Below, piece by piece: positions 1 to 13,247 of a stretch of DNA of 64,000 bases. Position 1 is the stretch's first letter, and each line of letters opens with the position of its first letter. The notes beneath the pieces were generated by a model. That model ran no database searches. It worked only from the letters and a program-made list of their open reading frames with translations, and had not been told where the DNA came from. The stretch is taken from the NCBI GenBank assembly GCA_032718475.1, contig JAUCBJ010000859.1, positions 1 to 64,000 on the forward strand, written 5' to 3'. Both the position numbers and the translations under genes were made by a program. This DNA comes from Nemertoderma westbladi (lineage: Eukaryota; Animalia; Xenacoelomorpha).

Positions 1-301
1 ACACTGTAAAGTACTTTGCAACAAGTATGTATGTAGTTCTATTCCCAAATTTGTAACATTACGAAATGATTGTATATATATTATAAGTGATAGAAACTGC
101 ACAAATTATATTAGTTGCTGTATAATAATTGTAAAAATGACATAAATTATGTTATAAATAAGTTAGCTTATATTTATGGTGGCGTTTGGAGCCATGTTAT
201 AATAAAATATAGCTAGGCCCTAGTGGTTATTAACAGCTATACCACGCCTACCGGTAGGTAATGCAGTAGGCCTATTTGGCTGTCACGAAAATTTCCCCCT
301 A

Positions 302-398
302 AGTACTCTGCGTTGATACCACTGCTTNNNNNNNNNNNNNNNNNNNNNNNNNNNNNNNNNNNNNNNNNNNNNAAGCAGTGGTATCAACGCAGAGTACT
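302..398. other. Library artefact: back-to-back amplification adapters (AAGCAGTGGTATCAACGCAGAGTACT) flanking a 45-N masked block
   Basis: 373-398 is the SMART/PacBio ultra-low-input primer and 302-327 its reverse complement. The N run (328-372) is 45 nt, the length of the SMRTbell hairpin. Flanks 1-301 and 399-680 are imperfect inverted copies. Confidence 0.95.
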
Positions 399-447
399 TA
401 GGGGGAAATTTTCGTGACAGCCAAATAGGCCTACTGCATTACGGACC

Positions 448-790
448 GATAGCTATTGATAACCAGTAGCTATAAACTATTAACATGGCTCCAAACGCCA
501 CCATAAATATAAGCTAACTTATTTATAACATAATTTATGTCATTTTTACATTTATTTATACAGCAACTAATTTAATTTGTGCAGTTTCTATCACTTATAA
601 TATATATACAATCATTTCGTAATGTTACAATTTTGGAATAAAACTACATACATACTTGTTGCAAAGTACTTTACAGTGTTCTGATCCTCGTGGCTTTATT
701 TTCACTCACTCACTAACGTTCGTTCGTGTAACAAAGCCACTCGGATCATCACACTGTAAAGTGCTACTTTTAGTTTGTAAATAGTTATTA
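448..790. repeat. Dispersed palindromic (MITE-like) repeat, copy 1
   Basis: Near-identical to ~23778-24135. Internal hairpin ctttacagtgt.ctgatcc..gtggcttt ... aaagccac..ggatca..acactgtaaag around a cactaacgttcgt loop. Confidence 0.75.
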
Positions 791-848
791 CAGATTATAT
801 GATTATATAATGATTATACGATTTTATAGATGATTTTTTTTTTTACAG

Positions 849-969
849 TAACATAGGCGACACTAACAACGGAAACACATTGTTAAATCCGGGATATTAC
901 ATAATGACAGAGAGTTTGGCACCCATGTACGAAGATGTCATGTCTTATGCAGTACGTGAATTACAAACG
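849..969 (+). CDS. Beta/gamma-crystallin-like gene, internal exon A (end of a Greek-key motif)
   Basis: Poly-T+CAG acceptor ending at 848 and CG|GTAAGT donor at 970. Reads NIGDTNNGNTLLNPGYYIMTESLAPMYEDVMSYAVRELQT, resembling LLxPGxY...DxxS. Ends in phase 0, matching exon B. Confidence 0.6.
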
Positions 970-1064
970 GTAAGTGATTCGAATTTCGTCTATAAACGGA
1001 CTGGTTCCTTTATCGAAAAGGTCGACAAAGGAACCATGGTAACTTGGGAAACAAACTGGAATGA

Positions 1065-4000
1065 TTTACTGTGGAAGATCAGCCATGGCGGTGAACAGGC
1101 ATTCCTTTAGGAAACAGAATGGAAGGGTTTACTGTGGAAGATCAGCCATGGCGGTGAACAGGCATTCCTTTAGGAAACAGAATGGAAGGGTTTACTGTGG
1201 AAGATCAGCCATGGCGGTGAACAGGCATTCCTTTAGGAAACAGAATGGAAGGGTTTACTGTGGAAGATCAGCCATGGCGGTGAACAGGCATTCCTTTAGG
1301 AAACAGAGTGGAAGGGTTTACTGTGGAAGATCAGCCATGGCGGTGAACAGGCATTCCTTTAGGAAACAGAGTGGAAGGGTTTACTGTGGAAGATCAGCCA
1401 TGGCGGTGAACAGGCATTCCTTTAGGAAACAGAGTGGAAGGGTTTACTGTGGAAGATCAGCCATGGTGGTGAACAGGCATTCCTTTAGGAAACAGAGTGG
1501 AAGGGTTTACTGTGGAAGATCAGCCATGGGGGTGAACAGGCATTCCTTTAGGAAACAGAGTGGAAGGGTTTACTGTGGAAGATCAGCCATGGGGGTGAAC
1601 AGGCATTCCTTTAGGAAACAGAGTGGAAGGGTTTACTGTGGAAGATCAGCCATGGGGGTGAACAGGCATTCCTTTAGGAAACAGAGTGGAAGGGTTTACT
1701 GTGGAAGATCAGCCATGGGGGTGAACAGGCATTCCTTTAGGAAACAGAGTGGAAGGGTTTACTGTGGAAGATCAGCCATGGCGGTGAACAGGCATTCCTT
1801 TAGGAAACAGAGTGGAAGGGTTTACTGTGGAAGATCAGCCATGGGGGTGAACAGGCATTCCTTTAGGAAACAGAGTGGAAGGGTTTACTGTGGAAGATCA
1901 GCCATGGCGGTGAACAGGCATTCCTTTAGGAAACAGAGTGGAAGGGTTTACTGTGGAAGATCAGCCATGGGGGTGAACAGGCATTCCTTTAGGAAACAGA
2001 GTGGAAGGGTTTACTGTGGAAGATCAGCCATGGCGGTGAACAGGCATTCCTTTAGGAAACAGAGTGGAAGGGTTTACTGTGGAAGATCAGCCATGGGGGT
2101 GAACAGGCATTCCTTTAGGAAACAGAGTGGAAGGGTTTACTGTGGAAGATCAGCCATGGCGGTGAACAGGCATTCCTTTAGGAAACAGAGTGGAAGGGTT
2201 TACTGTGGAAGATCAGCCATGGCGGTGAACAGGCATTCCTTTAGGAAACAGAGTGGAAGGGTTTACTGTGGAAGATCAGCCATGGGGGTGAACAGGCATT
2301 CCTTTAGGAAACAGAGTGGAAGGGTTTACTGTGGAAGATCAGCCATGGCGGTGAACAGGCATTCCTTTAGGAAACAGAGTGGAAGGGTTTACTGTGGAAG
2401 ATCAGCCATGGGGGTGAACAGGCATTCCTTTAGGAAACAGAGTGGAAGGGTTTACTGTGGAAGATCAGCCATGGCGGTGAACAGGCATTCCTTTAGGAAA
2501 CAGAGTGGAAGGGTTTACTGTGGAAGATCAGCCATGGCGGTGAACAGGCATTCCTTTAGGAAACAGAGTGGAAGGGTTTACTGTGGAAGATCAGCCATGG
2601 CGGTGAACAGGCATTCCTTTAGGAAACAGAGTGGAAGGGTTTACTGTGGAAGATCAGCCATGGCGGTGAACAGGCATTCCTTTAGGAAACAGAGTGGAAG
2701 GGTTTACTGTGGAAGATCAGCCATGGTGGTGAACAGGCATTCCTTTAGGAAACAGAGTGGAAGGGTTTACTGTGGAAGATCAGCCATGGGGGTGAACAGG
2801 CATTCCTTTAGGAAACAGAGTGGAAGGGTTTACTGTGGAAGATCAGCCATGGGGGTGAACAGGCATTCCTTTAGGAAACAGAGTGGAAGGGTTTACTGTG
2901 GAAGATCAGCCATGGGGGTGAACAGGCATTCCTTTAGGAAACAGAGTGGAAGGGTTTACTGTGGAAGATCAGCCATGGGGGTGAACAGGCATTCCTTTAG
3001 GAAACAGAGTGGAAGGGTTTACTGTGGAAGATCAGCCATGGCGGTGAACAGGCATTCCTTTAGGAAACAGAGTGGAAGGGTTTACTGTGGAAGATCAGCC
3101 ATGGGGGTGAACAGGCATTCCTTTAGGAAACAGAGTGGAAGGGTTTACTGTGGAAGATCAGCCATGGGGGTGAACAGGCATTCCTTTAGGAAACAGAGTG
3201 GAAGGGTTTACTGTGGAAGATCAGCCATGGGGGTGAACAGGCATTCCTTTAGGAAACAGAGTGGAAGGGTTTACTGTGGAAGATCAGCCATGGGGGTGAA
3301 CAGGCATTCCTTTAGGAAACAGAGTGGAAGGGTTTACTGTGGAAGATCAGCCATGGGGGTGAACAGGCATTCCTTTAGGAAACAGAGTGGAAGGGTTTAC
3401 TGTGGAAGATCAGCCATGGCGGTGAACAGGCATTCCTTTAGGAAACAGAGTGGAAGGGTTTACTGTGGAAGATCAGCCATGGGGGTGAACAGGCATTCCT
3501 TTAGGAAACAGAGTGGAAGGGTTTACTGTGGAAGATCAGCCATGGGGGTGAACAGGCATTCCTTTAGGAAACAGAGTGGAAGGGTTTACTGTGGAAGATC
3601 AGCCATGGGGGTGAACAGGCATTCCTTTAGGAAACAGAGTGGAAGGGTTTACTGTGGAAGATCAGCCATGGGGGTGAACAGGCATTCCTTTAGGAAACAG
3701 AGTGGAAGGGTTTACTGTGGAAGATCAGCCATGGGGGTGAACAGGCATTCCTTTAGGAAACAGAGTGGAAGGGTTTACTGTGGAAGATCAGCCATGGGGG
3801 TGAACAGGCATTCCTTTAGGAAACAGAGTGGAAGGGTTTACTGTGGAAGATCAGCCATGGGGGTGAACAGGCATTCCTTTAGGAAACAGAGTGGAAGGGT
3901 TTACTGTGGAAGATCAGCCATGGCGGTGAACAGGCATTCCTTTAGGAAACAGAGTGGAAGGGGTTTACTGTGGAAGATCACCCATGGTGGAGAACAGGCA

Positions 4001-5465
4001 TTCCTTTAGGAAACAGAGTGGAAGGGTTTACTGTGGAAGATCAGCCATGGCGGTGAACAGGCATTCCTTTAGGAAACAGAGTGGAAGGGTTTACTGTGGA
4101 AGATCAGCCATGGCGGTGAACAGGCATTCCTTTAGGAAACAGAGTGGAAGGGGTTTACTGTGGAAGATCACCCATGGTGGAGAACAGGCATTCCTTTAGG
4201 AAACAGAGTGGAAGGGTTTACTGTGGAAGATCAGCCATGGCGGTGAACAGGCATTCCTTTAGGAAACAGAGTGGAAGGGTTTACTGTGGAAGATCAGCCA
4301 TGGCGGTGAACAGGCATTCCTTTAGGAAACAGAGTGGAAGGGGTTTACTGTGGAAGATCACCCATGGTGGAGAACAGGCATTCCTTTAGGAAACAGAGTG
4401 GAAGGGTTTACTGTGGAAGATCAGCCATGGTGGTGAACAGGCATTCCTTTAGGAAACAGAGTTGGAAGGGTTTACTGTGGAAGATCACTCATGGTGGTGA
4501 ACAGGCATTCCTTTAGGAAACAGAGTGGAAGGGTTTACTGTGGAAGATCAGCCATGGTGGTGAACAGGCATTCCTTTAGGAAACAGAATGGAAGGGAATA
4601 CTGTGGAAGATCACCCATGGCGGTGAACAGGCATTCCTTTAGGAAACAGAGTGGAAGGGTTTACTGTGGAAGATCACCCATGGTGGTGAACAGGCATTCC
4701 TTTAGGAAAAAGAGTGGAAGGGTTTACTGTGGAAGATCAGCCATGGCGGTGAACAGGCATTCCTTTAGGAAACAGAGTAGAAGGGTTTACTGTGGAAGAT
4801 CAGCCATGGTGGTGAACAGGCATTCCTTTAGGAAACAGAATGGAAGGGAATACTGTGGAAGATCAGCCATGGCGGTGAACAGGCATTCCTTTAGGAAACA
4901 GAATGGAAGGGTTTACTGTGGAAGATCACCCATGGCGGTGAACAGGCATTCCTTTAGGAAACAGAGTGGAAGGGTTTACTGTGGAAGATCACCCATGGCG
5001 GTGAACAGGCATTCCTTTAGGAAACAGAGTGGAAGGGTTTACTGTGGAAGATCACCCATGGTGGTGAACAGGCATTCCTTTAGGAAACAGAATGGAAGGG
5101 AATACTGTGGAAGATCACCCATGGTGGTGAACAGGCATTCCTTTAGGAAACAGAGTGGAAGGGTTTACTGTGGAAGATCACCCATGGTGGTGAACAGGCA
5201 TTCCTTTAGGAAACAGAATGGAAGGGAATACTGTGGAAGATCACCCATGGCGGTGAACAGGCATTCCTTTAGGAAACAGAGTGGAAGGGTTTACTGTGGA
5301 AGATCACCCATGGTGGTGAACAGGCATTCCTTTAGGAAACAGAATGGAAGGGAATACTGTGGAAGATCACCCATGGCGGTGAACAGGCATTCCTTTAGGA
5401 AACAGAGTGGAAGGGTTACTGTGGAAGATCACCCATGGTGGTGGAACAGGCCATCCTTTGGGAAA
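1065..5465. repeat. 63-bp tandem minisatellite, ~70 copies, with higher-order structure
   Basis: Unit TTTACTGTGGAAGATCAGCCATGG[C/G/T]GGTGAACAGGCATTCCTTTAGGAAACAGAGTGGAAGGG. It generates the 982/81/330-aa repeat ORFs. Confidence 0.98.
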
Positions 5466-5789
5466 CAGATCTTCCATGTATAATAATGACAAAATACCAC
5501 AAGTAATAGATAGTTAACCAGTAATAGCTCAAAGTCTGAGTCCAAAGTGATGCTCAAAGAACTCTGTGTCGAAATCGGTACCAAACATACGGCTACACCA
5601 AGGTGCAACCTACACCTAATCATGTTGTCCTACACCGTAAAAACTATGCGCTATCTCAATTGAAGATATTGCTAACATTGAACTATTAGACGCGCAGACG
5701 TTATTGCGCCATATAGTCTGCGTATCGCTCGAGCATAGCATTATATTAAATTAGTATTTACAATTATTACTGAATAATATTCTTCCAGC

Positions 5790-6505
5790 TCTGGGGTACG
5801 TTCCGCAGTACTGCCCTCCTAAATCAAAACCATGTAACTAACAATTTTGCAAAAATGATATTTTGGTATCATCTGATAGCTGAAGACGAGCTCTATCAAT
5901 TAAATTGGCAATGGTTAATAGCCTCAATATAGAGCCATTTTGTAGAAATCACCAATTAATGTAACTAACAATATAAGAGTTTGTTAAAAGCCTGCTAAGT
6001 CAAAAACATGTAACCCACAATTTGTAAAAGAAAAGCATGTTAGATGACTATGTAATTGTGTGTAAGTGATTATGTAACTGATAAGTTACATTCCTTTAGC
6101 TTGGCATTGGATCATTAATACCTTACAGTCACATCAGGCAATACATGGGTGCATATAGAACTTTATAGCAACAATTGTGAAGCTTAGTAAACTTGCAGAG
6201 CTAGAAAAAGAGCTAAAAAAAAGCTTGAAAAAAGTTCAAAAAAAGCTTCAAAAAATGCTCAAAAAAAGTTTGAAAAAAAGCTCAAAAAAGCTTGAAAATG
6301 CTAGAAATACAGCTCAAAAAAAAGCTCAGAATACCTCACATAAAAAATGGGCGAGTAATATATTGATTTTAAATGCAACGACTGTGTGTCCAGTGCTGAT
6401 AGTGGTTGCAAACATGCGGCCATTAGAGTATGGCCTGGGTTGGTTACCTACTTTTTTACCAAAATTTTACATGCCTTTTTCATAGCCCGGTACTAATAGG
6501 GTTAA
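5790..6505. mobile_element. Probable non-autonomous TTAA-type DNA transposon fragment with A-rich internal repeats
   Basis: Ends ...CCCGGTACTAATAGGG|TTAA, like the piggyBac-type ends at 22730 and 51385. Carries (AAAAAAGCTC)-like repeats at 6190-6330. Left TIR not found. Confidence 0.35.
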
Positions 6506-6539
6506 GCAATACATGTTATGTTGTCAATAATTTAGTGAT

Positions 6540-6955
6540 TTGATTATTTAAAATTTGATATTCGCCAATGTTAAAGTCTCTTTGATTAAATATCCGGTAA
6601 ATGGATTATGGAAACATATTCCTATTAGAATGGAATGGGAGCTAACTCGCCTCATGGCCAACACTTTTCTCCCCTCAACATTTGATTAGATCCATTGTGA
6701 CAGTAGTACAGTAAGTCTGGAGGGTTGAATCATTCTATAATCCCAGTCCAAGGTCACTTTCTTCCGTGATCTATTGTAGACAGTCCGCTTTTTCATTATC
6801 TATGTCCATTCTAGCATTAAATACTCCTGCTAGAATAACAAATTGGTCCTTTGTAATTGGCAGGGATTGATTCAATTAATTTCCGTAAACACTCCATCAA
6901 CTAGTTCATCGATATTGGTATCGGGATCACAATAACAACAGATAAAAAGGCATAT
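6540..6955 (-). pseudogene. Degenerate LINE apurinic-like endonuclease, 3' part
   Basis: Minus strand ICCYCDPDTNIDELVD followed, after a frameshift, by VILAGVFNARMD (GDFNA motif). Continues from 17779-18090. Confidence 0.55.
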
Positions 6956-9299
6956 GGGCATATCCACAGAAAATGGGACATGATATGAAAAAAATAAAAC
7001 TTTAAAAAATAAGCAATATGTCATGATGTATTGGGTAAAATTAAATAAATTTTTCGAATTTGACAAAATTTGCATTGATTTGAGGGTATAAAACAGAAAA
7101 TTTTGCGATTATATCGACCATCATCAAGAAAAAACGTAAAAGACGTAAAAACGAAAAAAATACCAAAATTCAAGGCGAAATATTTTCTTTTACTGTTTAT
7201 CAATATAGGCTATCCTTGGTATCATTGTAATCAGCCGTAAATGCACATTCCAACGAGGTAGTTCTACGCCATAAACATAGAACGCTTCTCATACAATAAG
7301 CATTAAAAGCTACCTGTACCCAATTGTAACGTCCGTCATTTTTTTTACATTTTTTCTCAATTGCTTGTCTATTGTTTGGCAAACCATATCGAAATTACTG
7401 TAAAATTACTCAATGCCGACGTAAGAAGGCGTCTCTTGGGCCATTTACAGCAATCCAGGCTACCATAAAGGCTGTGATTTCAGTGAATGAAGTTTGTAAC
7501 GTCCGACACATTGTAACGTCCGACACTATTATTATTTAATGTACAGTATTTAAAGTCTAAATTGCAGTGTATAGTGTAAAATGCATAAATAAATAAAAAT
7601 ATGTTTCAATAATTACGATTTTCGACTCAAAATTCACATCTTAGTATTTTGATGATATATTTGGCAATTGTTGGTGAAATTTAAAATGGTTTTTAGATTC
7701 GGAATCAGCAGATGAAGGCGGTTCTAATGATATCTAGAGTACATTCCAAAGACGAAAAATAAAGCCGACAGAAGTGGCTAAATATTGCTAATTTGTATGT
7801 AACGTCCAACACGTAACGTCCGAAACCATTCCTCACAACTTTGAATTGCAAATGTCGGCTTCAAAAGATCTGCAGTGCAATTTAGAAAACTTTTTCGAAA
7901 AATAGAATAGTTGAGCTATATTTTGAGCCCAAAAATAATAACATACCAGTCTTCGGCATTAATTGCAATCAAAAGTAAAATATGTACAATAAAAAGTGTC
8001 CTATTTTTGTAACGTCCGACACCTTTTTAAAAGTAAAATGTTTAAGAAGAATAACGTTTCCCAATGTAGGGTATTTGCGATATTCTGAATTATATCCGCG
8101 ATATAATGCGATATTCTTTGTTTAATTTAAAAATTTGTTTAATTTGAAAATTTAAAAATCAACTAGAGTACTGCAGTACTGCTAAATCTGTACCAATAAG
8201 TGTGACATATATAATTAAGTATTGGTTGATTATTACTGGCTGACTGCCTGCCTGGCTGTATGCTGCTCTACGGTATAGGCCTAGCTACATTGGGATATAC
8301 TGGCTAGCCCGGGTCCAAGTTTGAGTTCAGTCCGCGGAAACGACAACCATAGCACAGCCGCGTCCACGACACATCGGGATCCGGTTTCCCCCAAATCAAG
8401 GTCAAACCATCCGCCAGGCCTGAGGCCTCATGTGTTCGCCAAGCAAGAGAGAAGTCTCAGCCCGAACAACGAGCCACTCACAATTCCCAACTCTGCAACT
8501 CTGCAACTCCTGGTCTATTCCTCGTGGAAGGACGGACAGGAAGGAAGGACATACATTGCATAACCGGTTAACCCAGTGCAGTATTCTCAGAACCTAGAAA
8601 CTGGGGTTTATCTCCACACCACACCGACAGGGGTCCAGGTTTGTTGTCTGTGTCGCATCCTACTCTACTGCTTGCTTCGTTTATTCTTTAACCGTTTATT
8701 CTATCAAAACTGCCTCATACAGTCATGTGTTTGATTTAGGTTGTATGTTGTCGGTATTAATGCATTCACTTAATTTGCTTTTTACTTCATCACCAATCAA
8801 CTCAGCCAACAATTGTTGCTAGCTGCCTAATTGCACATCATTGTTTCTTGCGTTTCTTGCCATACTGCTGCATTTAGTGTACCAATTCACAATTACACTT
8901 AATTTTGTCTGCCAGCCATAATTAATCAAAGTAATTATTTCCCATACAATACCGTTTATTATATAGCATTATCATACTTTGTACTGTATTATTGTACTGT
9001 TTATCATTCATATAACGCTGCAATTTTTATTTTTTTTCTTGACTCTCATACTTACTTATACCGCATCGTCCTATCCAAGTATGTTGAGCTCAACATCCCC
9101 TTTTAACTCCACTATTGAGCTTTCTGATACACTTATCCTCAATGACATCTCCAGCCCAACTGACTCACATCGCAAGCTTGCAGGCATTCCAATATCAGAT
9201 GGAGACTTGATCCCTATGCGGTACGGCTGGAAACCCAAAAAGCTTCTGGTTAACTGGCAGTATTCTAGAAGCCATTCTCCACCACTTTGCTAGCAATTC

Positions 9300-9750
9300 C
9301 ACCAACGGCCCTGTCAAAGTGTTCAATTCCCAGTTTACTGACTTCCTCCTCTCCCCTTCACATGGCTAAGATATAGTCAAGAGGTGGACTAAGAACTCTG
9401 ATGTTCATCGGTTTGCCATGATTCTATTCCCTATCAACCTGTGTGGTGCCCACTGGACACTGGGTGTTTACTTTCCTTCAAAGAAATTAATCTCGTACTT
9501 CGACTCATTTGGGGCTAAAAACGCAAGACATGTCAATGCGCTAAGTGAATGGGTGTTGCTCGAGGCCACCAAATGGGGACATAATGCAGAACGCATTACC
9601 ATCGAATTCCCGATAGTCTCTCGCATGCAGAATAACAACTATGATTGCGGAATCTATGTATGCCACTTTGCAAAAGTATGTATTGAAGGTGGATTGCAAT
9701 TTTCAACCAATGATACGGCAATGAAGTCCTTTAGGGAGGAACTCCAGACC
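9300..9750 (+). pseudogene. Ulp1/SENP-family (C48) cysteine protease domain of the non-LTR element
   Basis: FNSQF...VKRWTK..D...ILFPINLCGAHWTL...YFDSFG...QNNNYDCGIYVC, with the H-D-Q-C catalytic residues in order. One upstream stop. Confidence 0.85.
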
Positions 9751-10699
9751 ATGGTTGAAGGGAACTTGGTGAATGTCAATGCCCCACCTAGACCAACCCA
9801 ACCGGCTCACACTGCACCGGGCCCCATCCTGTCAGCATCAGATCCACCACAGTCCACCCCTTGCGCTGAAAATGTCCAACAGAACAGCTCACCCGTCCCC
9901 TGTGATGAAGGTGTCCCTCAGGGCAGCTCACCCCCCATTAGTAGTCAGCCCATTGGAAATGGCCAATGTTGCTCTGGGAGTCCTTTGGTTGAGTCTGACG
10001 GAGTCATTGACCTCCCCCCAATGACAAGCATTCCATGTGAGAGCCCCATTCTCGCGCGGTCCACACCCCTGACAGGCACACAGCCCATCCCATTGCCTTC
10101 CCTCCCCAATTCGCAACCCCTGAACCATCCACCATGCCCCTCCCCAAGTATTCAAGGGATTTCCCCCACAGTTGGCTCCATCCACTCAACCACATGCCCA
10201 GCATGCTTATGACCAATGTCAGCCAACCCCTCAGGGGTTATCAGATCACACAAAACAAAGTTGAAAACCAGGTGCCCTGGATCGGGCCAATCCCCCTTGC
10301 TCCCATTCTTTCCCTAACAACACAACCCCGACTCGTCCACCCAACCTTTCAGTGCTCCAACCAGTCATGTAACCACTCCCACACTACCCGGTCACGTCCC
10401 GCTCCCACTGCCTAACCCGCCACATTATCCACACACCCACCCGACCCCCGATGCCCCAAGCCCCGAAGCCACTTTACCTTCCATTGACTCCATTCTTCAG
10501 ACTAAGATCCCCACCCTCCGCCATATACCCAAGTCCACCTGGGACCTATTGGCTGGAGCTGTTGCTTCAACCCTTGAAGAGATATCTTCTGACCCCAGCA
10601 ACACCAACTCCTGGTCCAAGGTATTCCTACTGGCTCCCTGTACCCTGGCCAATCCCAAGAAGAGGACGATGTCACTGGAGGGACACCAAGCAGCTTGTG

Positions 10700-11756
10700 A
10701 AGAAGTCACATCTTCGTAGGTGGTTGTTGGGTGACTATCTGGGTCTCTGGAATGAGGCTGTCGCTTCTAGTGCAAGTGCAAGCCAGCCAAGTCTTCCCCT
10801 GACTCTATTAGGGAGTCCAATGCCAGGCGGGCCCATCCGGCCATGGCAGATGGGCAGTACCGGAAGGCAGTGAGAGCCTTGTTGTCAGAGGGTCTAGCGG
10901 ATACAAACGAGTCCACTTTCCTGTCCATGCTGGACAAACAGCCGCAGGCTCCTCCTCCGGTCCTACCGACTGGCCCAGTCCCATAACCCGCAATGATTTC
11001 AACCGAGTCTGTGGCCAAGGCTATCAGCTCATTCCCGCTTGGCTCCGCACCGGGCCTGTCTCAGCTGAGACCGACCCACTTAAAGGAATGTATTTCCTAC
11101 CCATCTCCCGCTTGGGCCACCCGGGCGCTTTCCGCATTAAGTCGCTTCACCACGCAGTTGGCTGTGGGAGAGGCTCTACCCGACATCATGAAATACCTTT
11201 GCGGTGCATCCCTCTTCCCTTGTAAGAAGAAGGATTGTGGTCTCCGCCCCATCGCTGTGGGTGAGACCCTAAGGAGACTAACATCAAAGTGCCTCGCTAC
11301 CGGGGTCGCCCCCATCACTTCCACATACCTATCTCCCTTACAGGTGTGTCAGTACGCCTTTAGGATGTGAGGCACTAGTTAGAGGCATCTCCGCTACTTT
11401 GGACGACTCTTCTATCCCCCCGGACTCGAAGTGGATATTGCTGGTTGACTTCAAGAATGCGTTTAACTCTATCGACCGAGCAAGCATGTTCACTGAAATC
11501 TGCCAGAACATCCCTTCAATCTCAGCTTGGGTTGAGTCCTGTTATGAAGTACAGGCCATCTTGTGGCTGGGGGATCGGAAGATCCTAAGCTGCTGTGGAG
11601 TCCAGCAGGGAGACCCTCTTGGTCCTCTTGCGTTTGCCTGCACCCTTCACCCAGTGGCTGTTCTCATTCAGAAGGAGGTTCCCAACCTCATGTTCTCAGG
11701 TTGGTACCTGGACGACGGTACACTCTGTAGCCCACCTGTGGACATACTAAAGGCGC
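10700..11756 (+). pseudogene. CRE-like reverse transcriptase, 5' part (frameshifted)
   Basis: ORFs 10993-11370 and 11399-11761 carry SAPG, RPIAVGE, DFKNAFNS, QQGDPLGP and YLDDG. Confidence 0.9.
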
Positions 11757-11835
11757 TGTAGTATGGGCCTAAGGAGGCCATGGCCTGACTGGAGGATATA
11801 GATGTAATATACAACTCGCCGGCTGGTATACTACA
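11757..11835 (+). repeat. 5' LTR (79 bp)
   Basis: TG...CA with an 8-bp terminal inverted repeat; 4 differences from the 3' LTR. Confidence 0.9.
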
Positions 11836-11856
11836 TTGACCTACTTGATTGGTCTT

Positions 11857-13241
11857 ATGGCGAAATGCTCCGTAACCGCACCTCTAGATTGCAACGCCGA
11901 CAATATGGCTTTAGAATATGATGAATGGCGCCAGTCTTTCGAGTTCTGGGCCGACGCTACAAAACTTAGGGCTGACGACCATGCAGCTGCTGAGCAAGTA
12001 GGCGCTTTTATGACCTGTATTGGGAAACTGGCCCAACATATCGCTGCTCAAAACTTCCAGTACACTGATCAGCGCCCAAGAATGTTAGACAACTTACTTG
12101 AAGACTTTGCTCAACATTTTGCTCCTCAACATAACTTATTGGTAATGCGCCACAGGTTCATCTCTCGGCGACAAAATGAAGGTGAGTCAATTTCTACATA
12201 TCAATTTCTGCACTTCATCAATTATTAACCCTGTGTGAGCTCGATAAGGAAACACCCCAGACTCAAATTAGGGATGCTTTCATATGTGGAGTTCGTGATG
12301 AGGAGCTACATAGGCAACTACTTCCGCAACCTTCAGAATCAACACTTATTCATATTAAAGGTATAGATAGTGCATTTGAGGCAGCATTCTCTGGTGATGT
12401 AGAAATCGTTAGGCGTGATGCAGTACTGGTAGCTAACCAGGGAGCAGTCTGTGCAATGCAACAACGGCAATCACAGTCTTATCAAATTAATGATTGCCAA
12501 TTCTGTGGTGGTTCCCATAGGAAAGGATCTTGCCCAGCCTATGGATGCCATTGTAAAGCTTGTGGAGAGTTACACCATACTCCTCTCTCCAATCTATGTA
12601 AAAGATCTAATGGAACTAAACCTAGGTTTGCTTCACGACCTCAAACTATCCAACGCCAGCAACCACCATCTTGGCGTAACAATGCCGGGGGCAACCGGTA
12701 CAGACCCTCTAATATCAAGTTCATTGAGCAACCGTATTATAATGAGGCTGATAATAATGAGGGTGAGCCTCTTGTAGATCCTATGGATATGGATAATGAA
12801 GAGGATGGTTGCGATATTTCTCAAATTAGTGATATTATGGCAGTAACAAACGCATCAGAAAATTTCTGGCGGATTGACATTTCTGTTTCAGGCAAAGTAA
12901 GGTCAAAGATATTAAATTTTCTTGTAGATAGTGGAACTCAGCATACAATAATTCCTGCACAGTATATCAACCATAGTATTATTGATCCTGGCAATGGCCA
13001 GAAACTTTATGGGTATATGTCAAGCCATTGTTTTCCGGTAGTTGGGAAAGCAAATGTAAATCTTACTTATAATTCATCAACAGTCCAATCAGATGTGTTT
13101 ATTATCCATGATGCCGCATTTCCTTTATTGGGTCTGAATGATAGTATTAAGTTGGCCTTGCTTTCATTTGATCCACTTCCTGAACCAAGGGGTTACTTGC
13201 ATTCAATCGGCTCAGTGCTTGATACTAAAGAGGCAAAATGA
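11857..13241 (+). pseudogene. gag: Gypsy gag (Cys/His knuckles) and aspartic protease, disrupted
   Basis: RHRFISRRQNEGESI, CQFCGGSH..CPAYG..CKACGELHH, FLVDSGTQH. Internal stop/frameshift near 12228. Confidence 0.85.
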
Positions 13242-13247
13242 ACAGAG

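Noticed and set aside
880-1110. 76-aa ORF as a stand-alone gene
   Set aside because: Starts at TTG; better explained as exon 849-969 plus intron read-through.
1061-5483. 982-aa and related repeat ORFs as a real protein, or the array as CRISPR
   Set aside because: The 63-bp unit is a multiple of 3, so one frame stays open by chance. Frameshifting units occur at ~3960, 4150, 4340 and 4462. There are no unique spacers or cas genes, and the array lies after a strong splice donor.
6177-6485. Lys-rich, histone H1-like ORF
   Set aside because: Product of A-rich short repeats inside a probable MITE; no ATG start.
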